Positions 50,838 to 62,494 of a DNA stretch of 64,000 nt are shown here, piece after piece. The translations under genes were made by a program, and so were the position numbers. Source of the stretch: Octopus sinensis (Eukaryota); NCBI RefSeq assembly GCF_006345805.1, contig NC_043006.1:101370001-101434000 (forward strand), read 5' to 3'. Below the pieces are notes generated by a model. The model was given only the letters and a program-made list of their open reading frames with translations. It did no database searches and was not told where the DNA came from. The first letter of the stretch is position 1; every line of letters starts with the position of its first letter.

Positions 50838-51764
50838 GAAGAATTCAGGGTAGAGGTAGGGGTCCACCAAGGTTCAGTCCTCAGCCCCTTCCTATTTATC
50901 ATAGTCCTCCAGGCAATAACGGAGGAATTCAAGACAGGATGTCCCTGGGAGCTCCTCTATACTGATGACCTTGCTCTAATTGCTGAGTCACTATCAGAAC
51001 TAGAGGAGAAGTTTCAAGTTTGGAAACAAGGATTAGAATCGAAGGGCCTTAGAATCAACCTAGCTAAAACCAAAGTCCTAATAAGTAGGAAGGCAGGCAA
51101 ATCATAAATCCCTTCAGGTAAATGGCCCTGCTCGATCTGTAGTAGAGGCATAGGTAGAAACTCTATAAGATGTACCCAGGGTAAGCTATGGACACATAAG
51201 GGGTGCAGCAATATCAAAGGAAGGCTAACTGGGATGATAGTTTTTGTATGTGGCAGATGCTTGGGAGCAATAAACACTGAAAATGCGCAGAGACCAACTT
51301 CCGCCACATTCCAGGGAGAAAAACTAGAAGTAGTTGATAGTTTCCATTACCTAGGTGACCAAGTCAGTTGCGGAGGAGGGTGCGCTGAAAGTGTAGCTGC
51401 TAGAATAAGAATAGCTTGGGCAAAGTTCAGAGAGCTCTTACCTCTGCTGGTGACAAAGGGCCTCTCACTCAGAGTAAAAGGTAGACTGTATGACGCTTGT
51501 GTACAAACAGCCATGCTACATGGCAGTGAAACATGGGCCTTGACTGCTGAGGACATGCGTAAGCTCGCAAGGAATGAAGCCAGTATGATCCGATGGATGT
51601 GTAATGTCAGTGTGCATACTCGACAGAGTGTAAGTACCTTGAGAGAAAAGTTGGACCTAAGAAGCATTAGATGTGGTGTGCAAGAGAGACTACTTCACTG
51701 GAATGGTCATGTGGCGAAAATGGATGAGGATGGCTGTGTGAAAAAGTGCCACACCCTACAATAA
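50838..51764 (+). mobile_element. RTE-clade LINE ORF2 fragment (RT C-terminal half plus inserted C4HC3 finger), one in-frame stop
   Basis: GVHQGSVLSPFLF, ELLYTDDL, F.YLGD, MLHGSETW, W.GHV motifs; one frame throughout with a single TAA at 51105-51107. Confidence 0.92.
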
Positions 51765-51797
51765 TGGTATTTATATAACCTTAAAGGTTCTCGTGAT

Positions 51798-52145
51798 CAC
51801 TGTGCAATGACTAAAAAAAATAGTCTAATAAGCCCTCGATAAAAAATGAAGGCTTTCCTATGCGTGTTATTATTTACGGGGTTGTAAAACACAGCAGCGT
51901 ATAGCAAAGCCATTCACAGCGAAAGCACATAGGAAGTTTGTTTACATAAAAGAAATATAAACTTACATAGTTTTTAAATTTGACAGAAGTAATGAGACTA
52001 ATTTGCTGGTGTAAAGGCAGTACACTTAGTTGTGTTAACAAAGGGATATGTGTCTGCATCCTACATGAGTAGGAAAGCCTTCTCTTTTCTGTCAAGGGCT
52101 TATATGCCCCTTTATGAGACTATTTTCCTTAGTCATTGCATGGTG
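51798..52145. mobile_element. MITE with long imperfect TIRs and CAC..GTG termini
   Basis: CACTGTGCAATGACTAA..AATAGTCTAATAA versus TTATGAGACTATT..TTAGTCATTGCATGGTG; inner 13-bp IR GAAGGCTTTCCTA (51848-51860 / 52070-52082); AT on both flanks. Confidence 0.8.
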
Positions 52146-52338
52146 ATTGTCATAAGCTTTAAGATCATATAAATACTATTATTATTATTTACAGGATTGT
52201 AAAACATGGCGCCATATAGAAAAACCATTTGCACTGAATCTATATACATCTCTCTCTCTCTGCCCCCCTCTCTCTCTATATATATATGTATACTTCCATA
52301 TATATATATACACACACACAAACATATATATTTATATT

Positions 52339-52800
52339 AGAAAACATTTAGACAGATGCTGGAACACCGACAAAAGCATAACAGCCACAATTGAGGCCAA
52401 TGAAAGAAATTTGGGTAATCTAAGAACTAAGGAAGCTATCCTCATAGACAGACTAGGGCTGGAGGTTGGCAATCAATATATTATTTAGCTACATCTGGAA
52501 GTTTGTAGGTTCATTTTTGATAACATCCTCATGTATTATAAAAAGAAGAAAAATGCTTGTATAATACATTACTTAGAAGCAACACTGCGGATGTACCAAC
52601 ACACACGAGCTTGAGACATGGCCGCCCTCACACACTTCTCATGAGGAATTCCAGAAGGAGCTTCATGAAACCACTGCAGAGACACTTCCAGGAAAAAAAA
52701 ATTCAGTAACTAATGGAAAACCAATTATAGCAGTGTCTCAATCAATTCCTAGCGATATCTGAAGAAGGAATTTTTATATTCCGAAATTTTATTATTATAT
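52339..52800 (+). mobile_element. Penelope-like element 3' relic: GIY-YIG endonuclease C-terminus plus hammerhead-like motif
   Basis: KHLDRC..TIEANERNLGNLRTKEAILIDRL (52339-52488); CTGAAGA-A-GGAAT-ttttat-ATTCC-GAAA at 52759-52786. Confidence 0.55.
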
Positions 52801-52869
52801 CAGACAATGGATAATTAAATTATAACAGTTATTATAGTCCATTCTGCATTGTTGTGCCGTTCAAGACAC

Positions 52870-52898
52870 GCTTTATTTCATATATAAATATCTATATC

Positions 52899-52966
<68 letters not shown>

Positions 52967-52981
52967 TATGCATACATAAAT

Positions 52982-53021
<40 letters not shown>

Positions 53022-53204
53022 GCATGCATACACACATATATATATGCATACATACATATACATATATATGTATATGCATTCATACATATATATATATATG
53101 CATACATACATATATATACACATACATATATATATGTATATATACATATCCCACCAATGGTAGCATGGAAGGTGGACGTTAAATGATGATGATTTATATG
53201 TATG

Positions 53205-53259
<55 letters not shown>

Positions 53260-53262
53260 ACA
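52870..53262. repeat. Compound TA/CA microsatellite containing a 45-bp RTE-tail fragment (53146-53193)
   Basis: Direct reading; fragment ends GGACGTTAAATGATGATGAT. Confidence 0.85.
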
Positions 53263-54779
53263 TGCAATCTGAAGACTCCACTAGAGTGGATGCAAGCGCT
53301 AATATATGATTTATAAAAACATGTGACATATTAATAAATATCAGTAAATATAAAACCATCCAGAATTCTGAATACCTTATTTCTTCTAATATATATATGT
53401 ACATATATGTATATATAGTCACTTCAAATAAACAAACACTTCAAATAAATGAATAACATTAATGGACAGCAAGAGAATGTGCACTAGGAATGTATTAGTT
53501 TAACGCTTGGTGAAAAGAGAAAGTTCGACATTTTGAGCAAGAAGGGAAAAAGTTCGTAAACAGCATGTGTGTAGTTAGATTACTGAAGTATATAAGATAG
53601 AATGGTTAAACCATTTGTTTGCTGCCTTAATCATCAGGTCTTTTATGCAAATTTAGTGAAAATAATGCAAGATGACATAGAAAATGATTAACAGAAAAGG
53701 ACTATTAGGCATAGAATAGCTTCTTGTTAGTAACAGGGTCCAGAATCAGCATAATTTTGACGTCAATAGTCTTAATCCTATGCAGCTGATGGATTATACC
53801 TTCAAATTAGCTATAAACACTTGCTTTTTTTTTTTCTTTTTGAGCAGTAAAATGAATTCTACGTTTTTTTTTTATCTCAGTTCCCAGTGAGGAGCACATA
53901 GTCAGATTTTTATGAAATTTTATATTACTCACAAAAACTGGTATTCAGCACTGTCATTTAGTGATTCTCTGGTACAAGATTTTAATTTTAATCTTACTAA
54001 TTGTAAATAGAGACTTTCCAATGTTACTTCTAGGTTTGTAACTATATTTGTGTCAACAAATCATATAAACAAATATCCTACTTTACAGTATCATTAGACT
54101 TCTGCTAACATGGTAACATAGTTGTAAAACTATGGTAAAAGAGGGATGGGAGAAGGCAACTCTCAAACACCTAAGACATTTTTCTTCTTAAAATGATTGT
54201 TTTAGAAGATAAAATTTCGATGTGTAAAATTGTGTTTGGGATGAAATTTCTTTCAATTATATTTCAGTTCTGTAGACTATAAGTAGATTTCTTAGAAGGA
54301 AAATAATATTGCATATGTCTGTGTATTTTTTTCATTAAATCATTAGTTAGATTATTGTTTTGAAACATTGATTTCATTTTCTATATTGAAAGCATGGAAT
54401 TGGTTTAACTTCAGTTTTTTGTATGTAATTTACCATCATACTTTTTCTTCATTTTGCATTGCTAATCAAATAGCACATCTAACTTCAAACTTAAATTACT
54501 CTAGTAGATACTTAACTCATCTTCCTAACAGAAATTGCCATTTTTTTTTTCCAGATAATTTTCTCAAGATGATTGATAGTTTGTGTAAGAGTTGCAAATA
54601 TATTTGACTTATTCTGCTATAATATAACACAACATTAAAGCTTTTTTCTTTTTCTGTTATATTTTATAGAAAATATGAAGTTTCTGACTTGATTGTGATT
54701 ATACTAGCTGTGTGTACTTTTATGATTTCACATGTATAGACATTAAAATACTCAATATGTAAATGTATAGAGCTTGATG

Positions 54780-54990
54780 AATTATCATTATCACCATAAT
54801 TTAACATCTGCTTTCCATGCTGGTATTGACTGGATGAGTTATTTGCCAAGTCAGTTCTAATTCAGATTTATTGTATTCCTAAACATGCTGGAGGACCACA
54901 TCTTGCTCATATGTTTCAGTTTTAGCTTGGCCTCTATATCTGAATGTTTTTTCTATTGCCAACCACATTATAGAGTGTACTAGGTGCATT
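54780..54990 (-). mobile_element. Degenerate RTE-type 3'-tail element
   Basis: TTTAACATCTGCTTTCCATGCTGG..GCCAACCAC..GAGTGTACTAGGTGC. Confidence 0.6.
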
Positions 54991-55899
54991 TTATAGCAAT
55001 ACAAGAGAAAGGTTGCTATATCTTCAACAAGACCAAAGCCTCCTCTTGACCCTATATTGTTTGTCTCTGTTTGCTCATGAATTACTCTACAGAGTGTACT
55101 GGGTGCATTTTATCATAACACTTGCACCAGTAAAGTTACTTTCTATCTTGTAAAACAGAATATTCCTCACTACAGTACGATACATTTGTTCATTGAAGGT
55201 AATATATCTGAGAACATGAATACAGAATGAAGTGATCATGATGAGTGGCTGTAAGTTGCAAGATGTATGATGTTAGAAAGAGTATGATTGGAAGTAGAGG
55301 ATGGTAGGGAAAGAAAGAGGTAATGAAAAATTGCTGTGTAGATATTTTTCCTTTTTGTTGTCCTTTTCTTTCTTTTCACTGAATCCACCATATTTGGTTT
55401 ATTTAAAATGAAGTTATAATATCCAATCACTAATATTTCTCTTGGTCTTGTAAATCTAATTATAGGCCTAGAAACATGACTTGGTTTGACTTTGAGATGT
55501 GATTAATGTCATTTCAGTAGCTGCCAGTCCTCATTATTTCATAATACTGGCCAGTGATCTTTGTTCTTAAGCATACTGCTCCTGCAAGTGAACAATTCTA
55601 TAGTGTACATGATTTTGTATGGCTAGAGAATGATGTTGTAGTGTTAGGTAGGATTTTCCAGTATTCCTTAGAGAGAGAGAGATAGTAATATTTGTCGGCT
55701 TCTATTTAATGTCTCACCTAAAGTTCATAAGTCATCTTCCTGGTGTTTTAATTTTCCTGATTTCAAAATAGAACAAAATAGTTTCTGAGCTTTTCTATGC
55801 TGGAGATGTTACTTCAGTTTTACAGTCTAAGCCTCATAGAATATTAATATAGATTTAAGATCAAGTCCACACTACCTGCATAAAAAATGTAATCTCTCC

Positions 55900-57300
55900 A
55901 CATTCCCTTTAATGTCAAAATTTCTAATAGCACTGGGCAGTTTCTGAGTTCTTTTATCCATTTTGCTAAGTTCTTGTACTGACGATTTCCCAAGACTAAA
56001 TGTAGATGTAGGGGGAGGCACTGCAAAGGTATTTTAAACAGTGTAGATGGGACAACAGACTTCAAACAGAGAGAAAATCTACTCTCCACCAGCATCAAAA
56101 AAAAAAAATTCTGTTGCACAAACCTGAATTCTTATGCTACCAAACCTCTTGAAAGAATCTAATCTTTCTTTGAATTCGTTCCACACTACTGATCACTCTA
56201 GATGCCCAGCAAAGAAAGAGGTTGATCAAATTCTCTACCTTCCAACATATCACTTCTTCTGGTGCTTCCAGTCTTGATATCTCTCTTCTCTTGTTTCTGG
56301 TTATGATATCCCCCTTCACTCCTCCACAAACAGTATGCTTGTTGTAGGCTCAGTATTCTGATAACCATATTTTCTTCTTTTTTTTTTCTGTCATTCTCAT
56401 CTTGTCGAAAATGCTCATAGTTCTTGCCTAAATGTATTTTCCAAGCCATTCATGTTTAGTTTATGAGTAGTCTTACTCCCAAAAATTCATGTTTGGGTTT
56501 ACTCAACTGCATCCCCAAATTTATGGAATATTGCTAATGAGATCCAGTTGCATTTTGATTTGGTTAAAACTTGACCCATTCAGCTTCTGGCTGTCTCTGA
56601 AGATAGAACAAGTGATATTTATAAATTCATGGTATCTATTTCCATAATCTTGTGTTTTGTGTGTAGTTATGATAACAAAAGAAGACAGAGTGCAGTAATG
56701 ATAAGCTATCACTCTGTGAGGTGCCTTTATTCTTGATAATGTATGGTGTCAGATTTTTTTGTTATCACCTCAGAGAAATATTGTACCATGTCTTGGTTAG
56801 GTTTTGAATAGCAGCTACCAGTGGTTGTAGGACTTCTGTTAATTGTAATGCTTTCATAATCCATCCATGTGGTATACTTATCGAAGGCTTTTAGCACCTG
56901 CAGTTTTTTCACTATATTTTTTTCTGTATCATTTTATTGGTAACTAGCTACTTTATACTTTTTTCTTCTCCGAAACTTGTTCTGATGTTATAATATTGTT
57001 GGTAAAACAACGATCTAATAAAACCAAATTGAGGCACCTGACCTTGTGTGCAATGTTTTGTCAGGCTTTTGGACAGTAATTTATAGCTTGGATGGTTTGG
57101 CTATTTATTTTATTTTTTTTTGCAGGGTAGGGAATGAGAAGAATAATGGCTGTTGACAGACATTTAAGCACATCTAATACATCACTTCTCTTCCATTCTA
57201 CCTTATTGAATCTCAGCAATAAAAAGTTAAATTCATGAACCAATAAGTTGTTATATCCTGTTATAAAATCTGGGCCTGAGGGTTTTCTATTTGTCATTTT
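55900..57300 (-). pseudogene. R4/Dong-like (RLE-type) non-LTR retrotransposon RT relic
   Basis: Minus-strand motifs across frameshifts: NRKPSGPD, KAFD-SIPHGWIMKALQLTEV.QPLVAAIQNLTKTW, SDSLS, INIT..FRD..KL, KMQLDLI, RSEGG. Confidence 0.75.
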
Positions 57301-57689
57301 CTAGTTCTGTGTCATTAATTTCATATCGCTTTTCCTTAATTTATTTGCAGTAACCCTATTCTAGTTCTTCCATCCATACTGCTAGCATGTTAAATTTACC
57401 AATTTACTATTTTCCCACTATACAGATACCAATAGCTTTCAACATGTTATCCTGCAGGAGTGCCTTTTTCAAAGTTGTTTTTATTGAAGCTACAAAAAAC
57501 TTGTTTTGGATCTCTGGCAAACAGTCTATTCAGCAGTTGGCATTTCAGATGAAGTAGAGTTTGAGGTTCTAATTTTTTATATCTCCAAATTGCTTTTCTA
57601 CTGTCTGTTTTATGTTTCCACTATTTTGTTAATGCATGGATCTGTATTACATTTTATAAATATACAGCTTGCCTCTCAACCTCATGATT

Positions 57690-57800
57690 CCGAGATCAGT
57701 CCTACTGCATGGCACCTTGGGCAAATGTCTTGTACAATAGCTTCAGGCCAACCAAAGCCTTGTGAGTAGATTTGGCTAATGGAAACTGAAAGAAGCCCAT
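57690..57800 (+). mobile_element. CORE-type SINE head fragment
   Basis: GGCACCTTGGGCAAATGTC..CCAAAGCCTTGTGAGTAGATTTGG..GGAAACTGAAAGAAGCCC. Confidence 0.8.
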
Positions 57801-57825
57801 ATATATATATATATATATATATCTC

Positions 57826-57930
57826 ACGGGACCGACCACACCATCAGATGTTGTTACACATCGCTGGTCACAATGCGTTCGCATTGTTTTAGCCTTCGAA
57901 TGACGCCACCCCACTGGCTAAGCGAGCAGG

Positions 57931-57934
<4 letters not shown>
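57826..57934 (-). mobile_element. 3' part of the SINE family at 8985-9290, inside (TA)n
   Basis: CCATCAGATGTTGTTACACATCGCTGGTCACAATGCG..GAGCAGGCCAA matches 9005-9100. Confidence 0.85.
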
Positions 57935-57978
<44 letters not shown>

Positions 57979-58029
57979 TGCACATTCTGATTCTGCTGTG
58001 TGCCTTTTGAATGGCTGTCACAATAAACC

Positions 58030-58600
58030 CTCTTATGGAGAGCATTATGAATATTTCCAGTAATAGTATCCTTTTTTATGTGATAGTTTTACATTATGAG
58101 CATTTTTGGACAGCTGCTGATGATGTGGGTGATATTTTTCACACTTGTATGGCACAATCAACATTTTTTTGTCACAATGTGAAGGTTTAGCAGCATCTTT
58201 ATCTCTCTTATTGATCAGATGTTTTATAGTTATCTCTTTCTGAATAATGGAGGCATTATACTTCTAGGTGGGATGTGAAATAGCTATTACAAGTCTGGTA
58301 GAGCTTACTCTTCTTGTCAATGTTCTTGGTATCTAATAATTGCTGATATGATGAGTGTTTCTCTTCATTTAACTTAGATCCTGTCAGTGTCACCGTTGCC
58401 ATGAAAATTACCAGCATTGGTTAGTATCTATCTAGTCTACATGTTCAAGTTGTGGATCTCCTCAAGCATTCAGTGTAGTATCCCCAATGTTGGTGCTAGC
58501 ACTGGAACTGAGAAAAGTATTATGGAATAGGATCTGGTTGAATGCCAACAGCTCTGCCTTCTGTACCTTATGAATTTTGCTAAAGTACTCCTTTGTTACT
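58030..58600 (-). pseudogene. Second R4/Dong-like relic: post-RT region and CCHC zinc knuckle
   Basis: ELLAFNQILFHNTF, VPVLAPTLGILH*MLEEI, ILTNAGNFHGNGDTDRI, and KC*LCHTSVKNITHIISSCPKM (about 58165-58100). Confidence 0.7.
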
Positions 58601-59769
58601 TTAGCATTACTCATGGTGTGTATGTGTGCATGTATTATGCTATATAATGTCTAAAAAAGATAGATAAAAAGAAATTATCAGAAAGGGAAAAAAAAACAAA
58701 AAACCCCCAAGAAACCCCAACAAATGAAAGGGTTTTAAAGAAAGGAAAGGGTGAAAGGAAGTAGTCTCAGTTGAAGGGCAGAAGTATCAATGCTGTAACT
58801 GTAAAAGAAAATTATATACTATCTGATAGAATTTCAAAATTTGCAACACCATAAAGCAAAAACTCTCTCCACAGAGCGTCTGTATGAATGTTTAGTTCAA
58901 ATTTACAAACTGGTGATGTAGCTTATTGATTGGGCCAGTCGGTTAATGTATTAAAAATATGCATAAGCAATAAATTACTATGCACATTGAAATTAATCAA
59001 AACAATTGTATATAGTAGATTTCAGTAGAGTAACTTTATAAGAGCAGAAGTGATATAATATTCCTTTGATTAATAGTTGTACTGTCTCTCAACAGTCACA
59101 TATAGACTATAATTTCTCACTGTATGCCTGCTTATTCCTTATGGGCATCCGTTTTCAAAGGATTAAAGGGAAGACATCAATTCAGTGTTACATACACTGA
59201 ATGGTTATTCTGTGTAGCTGAAGGTTCTTTGAAGATATGGCACATAGAAATGTTACTGTTTTCCAATCTCTCTGTCTCTTTCTCTTATAGTTTATAATCT
59301 GTTAACATATTCAAAGAATGAATGAATTTCTTGAAAAAAAAAAAGAAGAAAATGTTCAAGTTTTAATATAGAAATTAGCAATACATGTGAATTTATAAAT
59401 TAAAAAAAAAATTTTGTAGATTCTTATTTTACAAAAAAGAAAAAAACTGATGTACATTTGTCTTTATGCATCATCATCACCATCAGTAGTCCTCATCATC
59501 ATCACCACCAGCATTGCCATCATTATTGTCACCATCATTAGTTTGGTTATTTACTGGCAGTGTTATACTGTACAGGAATACAACATATATACATACTATC
59601 TTGGCTTAGTAATTTCAAATATGAAATAACTAAATTAGTTGGTGTTTGTAGAATAAATACACTTTCCATAGATCAGTTTCTTTTTATTGTTACTGCAGCT
59701 GCTGCTGTTGTTGTTGCTGTTTACTGCTGCTATAAATTAGCAGTGTGCCAAGGGGAAAAAAATTGCATT

Positions 59770-59910
59770 TCTACATTTGCTCCAGCACTTTATGTTCCTA
59801 GTTCAAATCCCACAAGAGTTAACTTTGCCTTTCATCTTTCTGGAATCAGTTTGCTCACCTAACCCGCTTCACCTGCCACCCACAATTTTCTGGCCTTGAA
59901 GCTACGATAG
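59770..59910 (+). mobile_element. Degenerate Deu/Nin-like SINE
   Basis: AGTTCAAATCCC..AACTTTGCCTTTCATCTTTC..AATTTTCTGGCCTTG. Confidence 0.65.
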
Positions 59911-60497
59911 AATCATCATCATTGGGAATTAATGGTATTGTGGTGAATTCTTTGGGAATCGAAGGCATTGCTTAGTTTGGATTACACTGTCTGAGGAGAA
60001 CCTGCACATCTCAAATGCATTTTTCTCCACTTGTATACTTTGTGTTCCAACCTAATCAAGTGCTCATTATTATCATTACTGATATTAGATTGAGAGCTTT
60101 GATACAAATAGTGGCAAATAGGACCAGCTGCTTTATAGTTAGGTTTAGTCAATGTAAAAAATTCTACTTGACTTAATCCTCTGTCTTTGTATTTATGCTG
60201 GAGTTCACTTTGCTTTCGTATCCTTAATTTTGATGAAAAAACAGCAATAGATATCTCTGATATACAATGCAAGATCTGATTGACCTTTACCAAAAGTTTC
60301 TTCTTCCTCACTTCCATAGTTGACTAGATATTCTATACTTAACTTCCTACCATACTTAAAAGAAGTGGAATTTGTCAACATCGCCCTCTATCAGTTTTAC
60401 TATTTTTCTATCTATTGAAATGAACTATGTCATTTCCAGAAAAATAAACTATGTTGAATTTTGACATTAGCTACAATTAATACTCACATGAATGCAT

Positions 60498-60535
<38 letters not shown>

Positions 60536-60599
60536 TTCATATTGCATTCTGCAAAGAATACCATCATTGGTTACAGATTTCCAATGATGGGTGAATGAT

Positions 60600-60790
60600 A
60601 AGTGAGTGTCTGTGCACATACACATACATAGATGATTGACTTTCATACAGTGTCTATCTATCAAATTCCATTGAAAAAGCATCAGTCAATCCAAAGCTAT
60701 TGCAACAATTCGTTAGCCATCGTACCACACAAGAATCAAACTTGGAATCATATGTTTCTGAAGCAAACTTCTTAAACACACAGCCATACA
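60600..60790 (-). mobile_element. Old CORE-type SINE head
   Basis: AAGCAAACTTCTTAAACACACAGCCATAC and upstream degenerate match. Confidence 0.55.
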
Positions 60791-62057
60791 ACCATACCAG
60801 CACTCATATCAGCTTATAAGATATAAATTTCCGGCCCTTTTTTATCAACTGTGACTGCTACAACTTCCATGTCTAGATATATATAAAAGTAGCACTTCAA
60901 ATATGATCATAGATTGTTTTATGAAACTCTGATGCAGTCATTGTATTGGGCTTTTAGGCAAACCATATTAACTTAGCTATTTAGCTTAGTCTTCCTATCA
61001 TAAAAATAGATATTTCTGCTATTTCCTGATTGGATGTTAAGAAGTACATTATCCTGCCTGCAGAACATTTGTGGCAGCATTTTATGAAGATGTTTGACTT
61101 TTTCAGAGCCATCAAATTTCTTTTTAGAAAGGGAAATCTAATGTTAAACAACGCATAAAATAAAAGAAACAAATTGCTGTTCCAAATTATGCCATTGATA
61201 TCTTTTTTTTCCTCTCCATTAGCATCTCATGTCTTTTAGCTATGGAACTTGGGGTTCCTTTTTAAAGAACTATGGATTTCTAATGGCAGACGTTTAACTA
61301 CCATTAAATTTATAGACAAGACATATGCATATATAAGCATTGATGTATCTGAATTCACTTACATATATACCCATACATTGATGCATGTACACAGAGAAAC
61401 ATATACATTGATTTCATGTTAACTGTGATGTATATTGTTAATTATTCGTTTATGATGAAGTTTCTGACATAATGTCAGGCATTAGGAGAAATATAGAACA
61501 TAACTTAATGGTATGTAGTACTATTAATGTAATTATCTTTATTTTTGTTATTTCATTTTTCATGCTAGTGTTGATGGATTAGTTTGTGGCAGTTTGCACA
61601 TTTTTCTAGATCATCTTTATCAAGTCGCTGCAATGTCTTCATATTTCCACACATGCATGCTCACTCATTCCACTTAACCATTCACCTATCCATCCAGTCA
61701 TAATAATGCTGCAGTTGCTATCATTATTATGAATAAAAATAATAATGACGGCAGTTTTTTCCTATTTGTGAGATCTTTTTAGTCCCATTTTACCAGGAAG
61801 TATTCAACCTATCTAGTGTTGGCATCATGAGAAAATTCACCTAGTACTCTGTTATGTGGCTGGCAGTAGGAAGGGCCCCCTGCTATAGGAACCAAGCAAA
61901 ATGACATATACAAGCACCAGTCTATGAGTGTAGCAGTGTAGTAAGAAATGGCTTGGACATTGATGACCTGTCCTAATTGATAACAGCTTGAAAAATGATA
62001 ATGGCCCACGATTGTCAGTTGAATTGCTATTTGTATATTACATGTATTCATATAATC

Positions 62058-62211
62058 TACATTATTTACATCAGGCGGATATTTGTCCTCATCTTCTTTG
62101 TTGTTAACACAACATTTCGGCTGATATACCCTTCAGCCTTTATCAAGTGTCATGAGGAAATTTCAAACTTGGGTTCTCATTCCTAAGGTATTTTTCGATG
62201 TTGTTGTTGTT
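62058..62211 (-). mobile_element. Inverted partial copy of the hammerhead-containing Penelope-type repeat
   Basis: Minus strand GACAC-TTGATAA-A-GGCTGA..TCAGCC-GAAA-TG-TT-GTGTT (62106-62151); catalytic core mutated. Confidence 0.8.
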
Positions 62212-62493
62212 GATGACACCTTTATACTCTGGCCCCACCAGGAAGATGTCCAAGTGCTGTTAGATCATATGAACTCAATAAATCCATCCATACAGTTCAC
62301 AATGGAAAAGGAAAAAGACAATCAGCTAGCATTCTCGGACATATTAATAACACGCACCAAGTATAGATTCAGGACATCTGTATACCACAAGCCAACCTTC
62401 ACTGGACAATACCTAAACTTCATTACCCACCATCCATACAGTGTAAAGAGAGGGATTGCTCAGTGCTTAAAACATTGAGCAAAGAATATAAGT
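62209..62493 (+). pseudogene. Penelope/Poseidon-type reverse transcriptase fragment
   Basis: VDDTFILWPH..LDHMNSINPSIQFTMEKEKDNQLAFSDILITR..SVYHKPTFTGQYLNF..HHPYSVKRGIAQCL, the characteristic PLE RT C-terminus. Confidence 0.88.
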
Positions 62494-62494
62494 A

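Noticed and set aside
53520-53545. Half hammerhead (reverse of GCTCGAAACGTC-like)
   Set aside because: The CTGANGA half is absent; too short to support.
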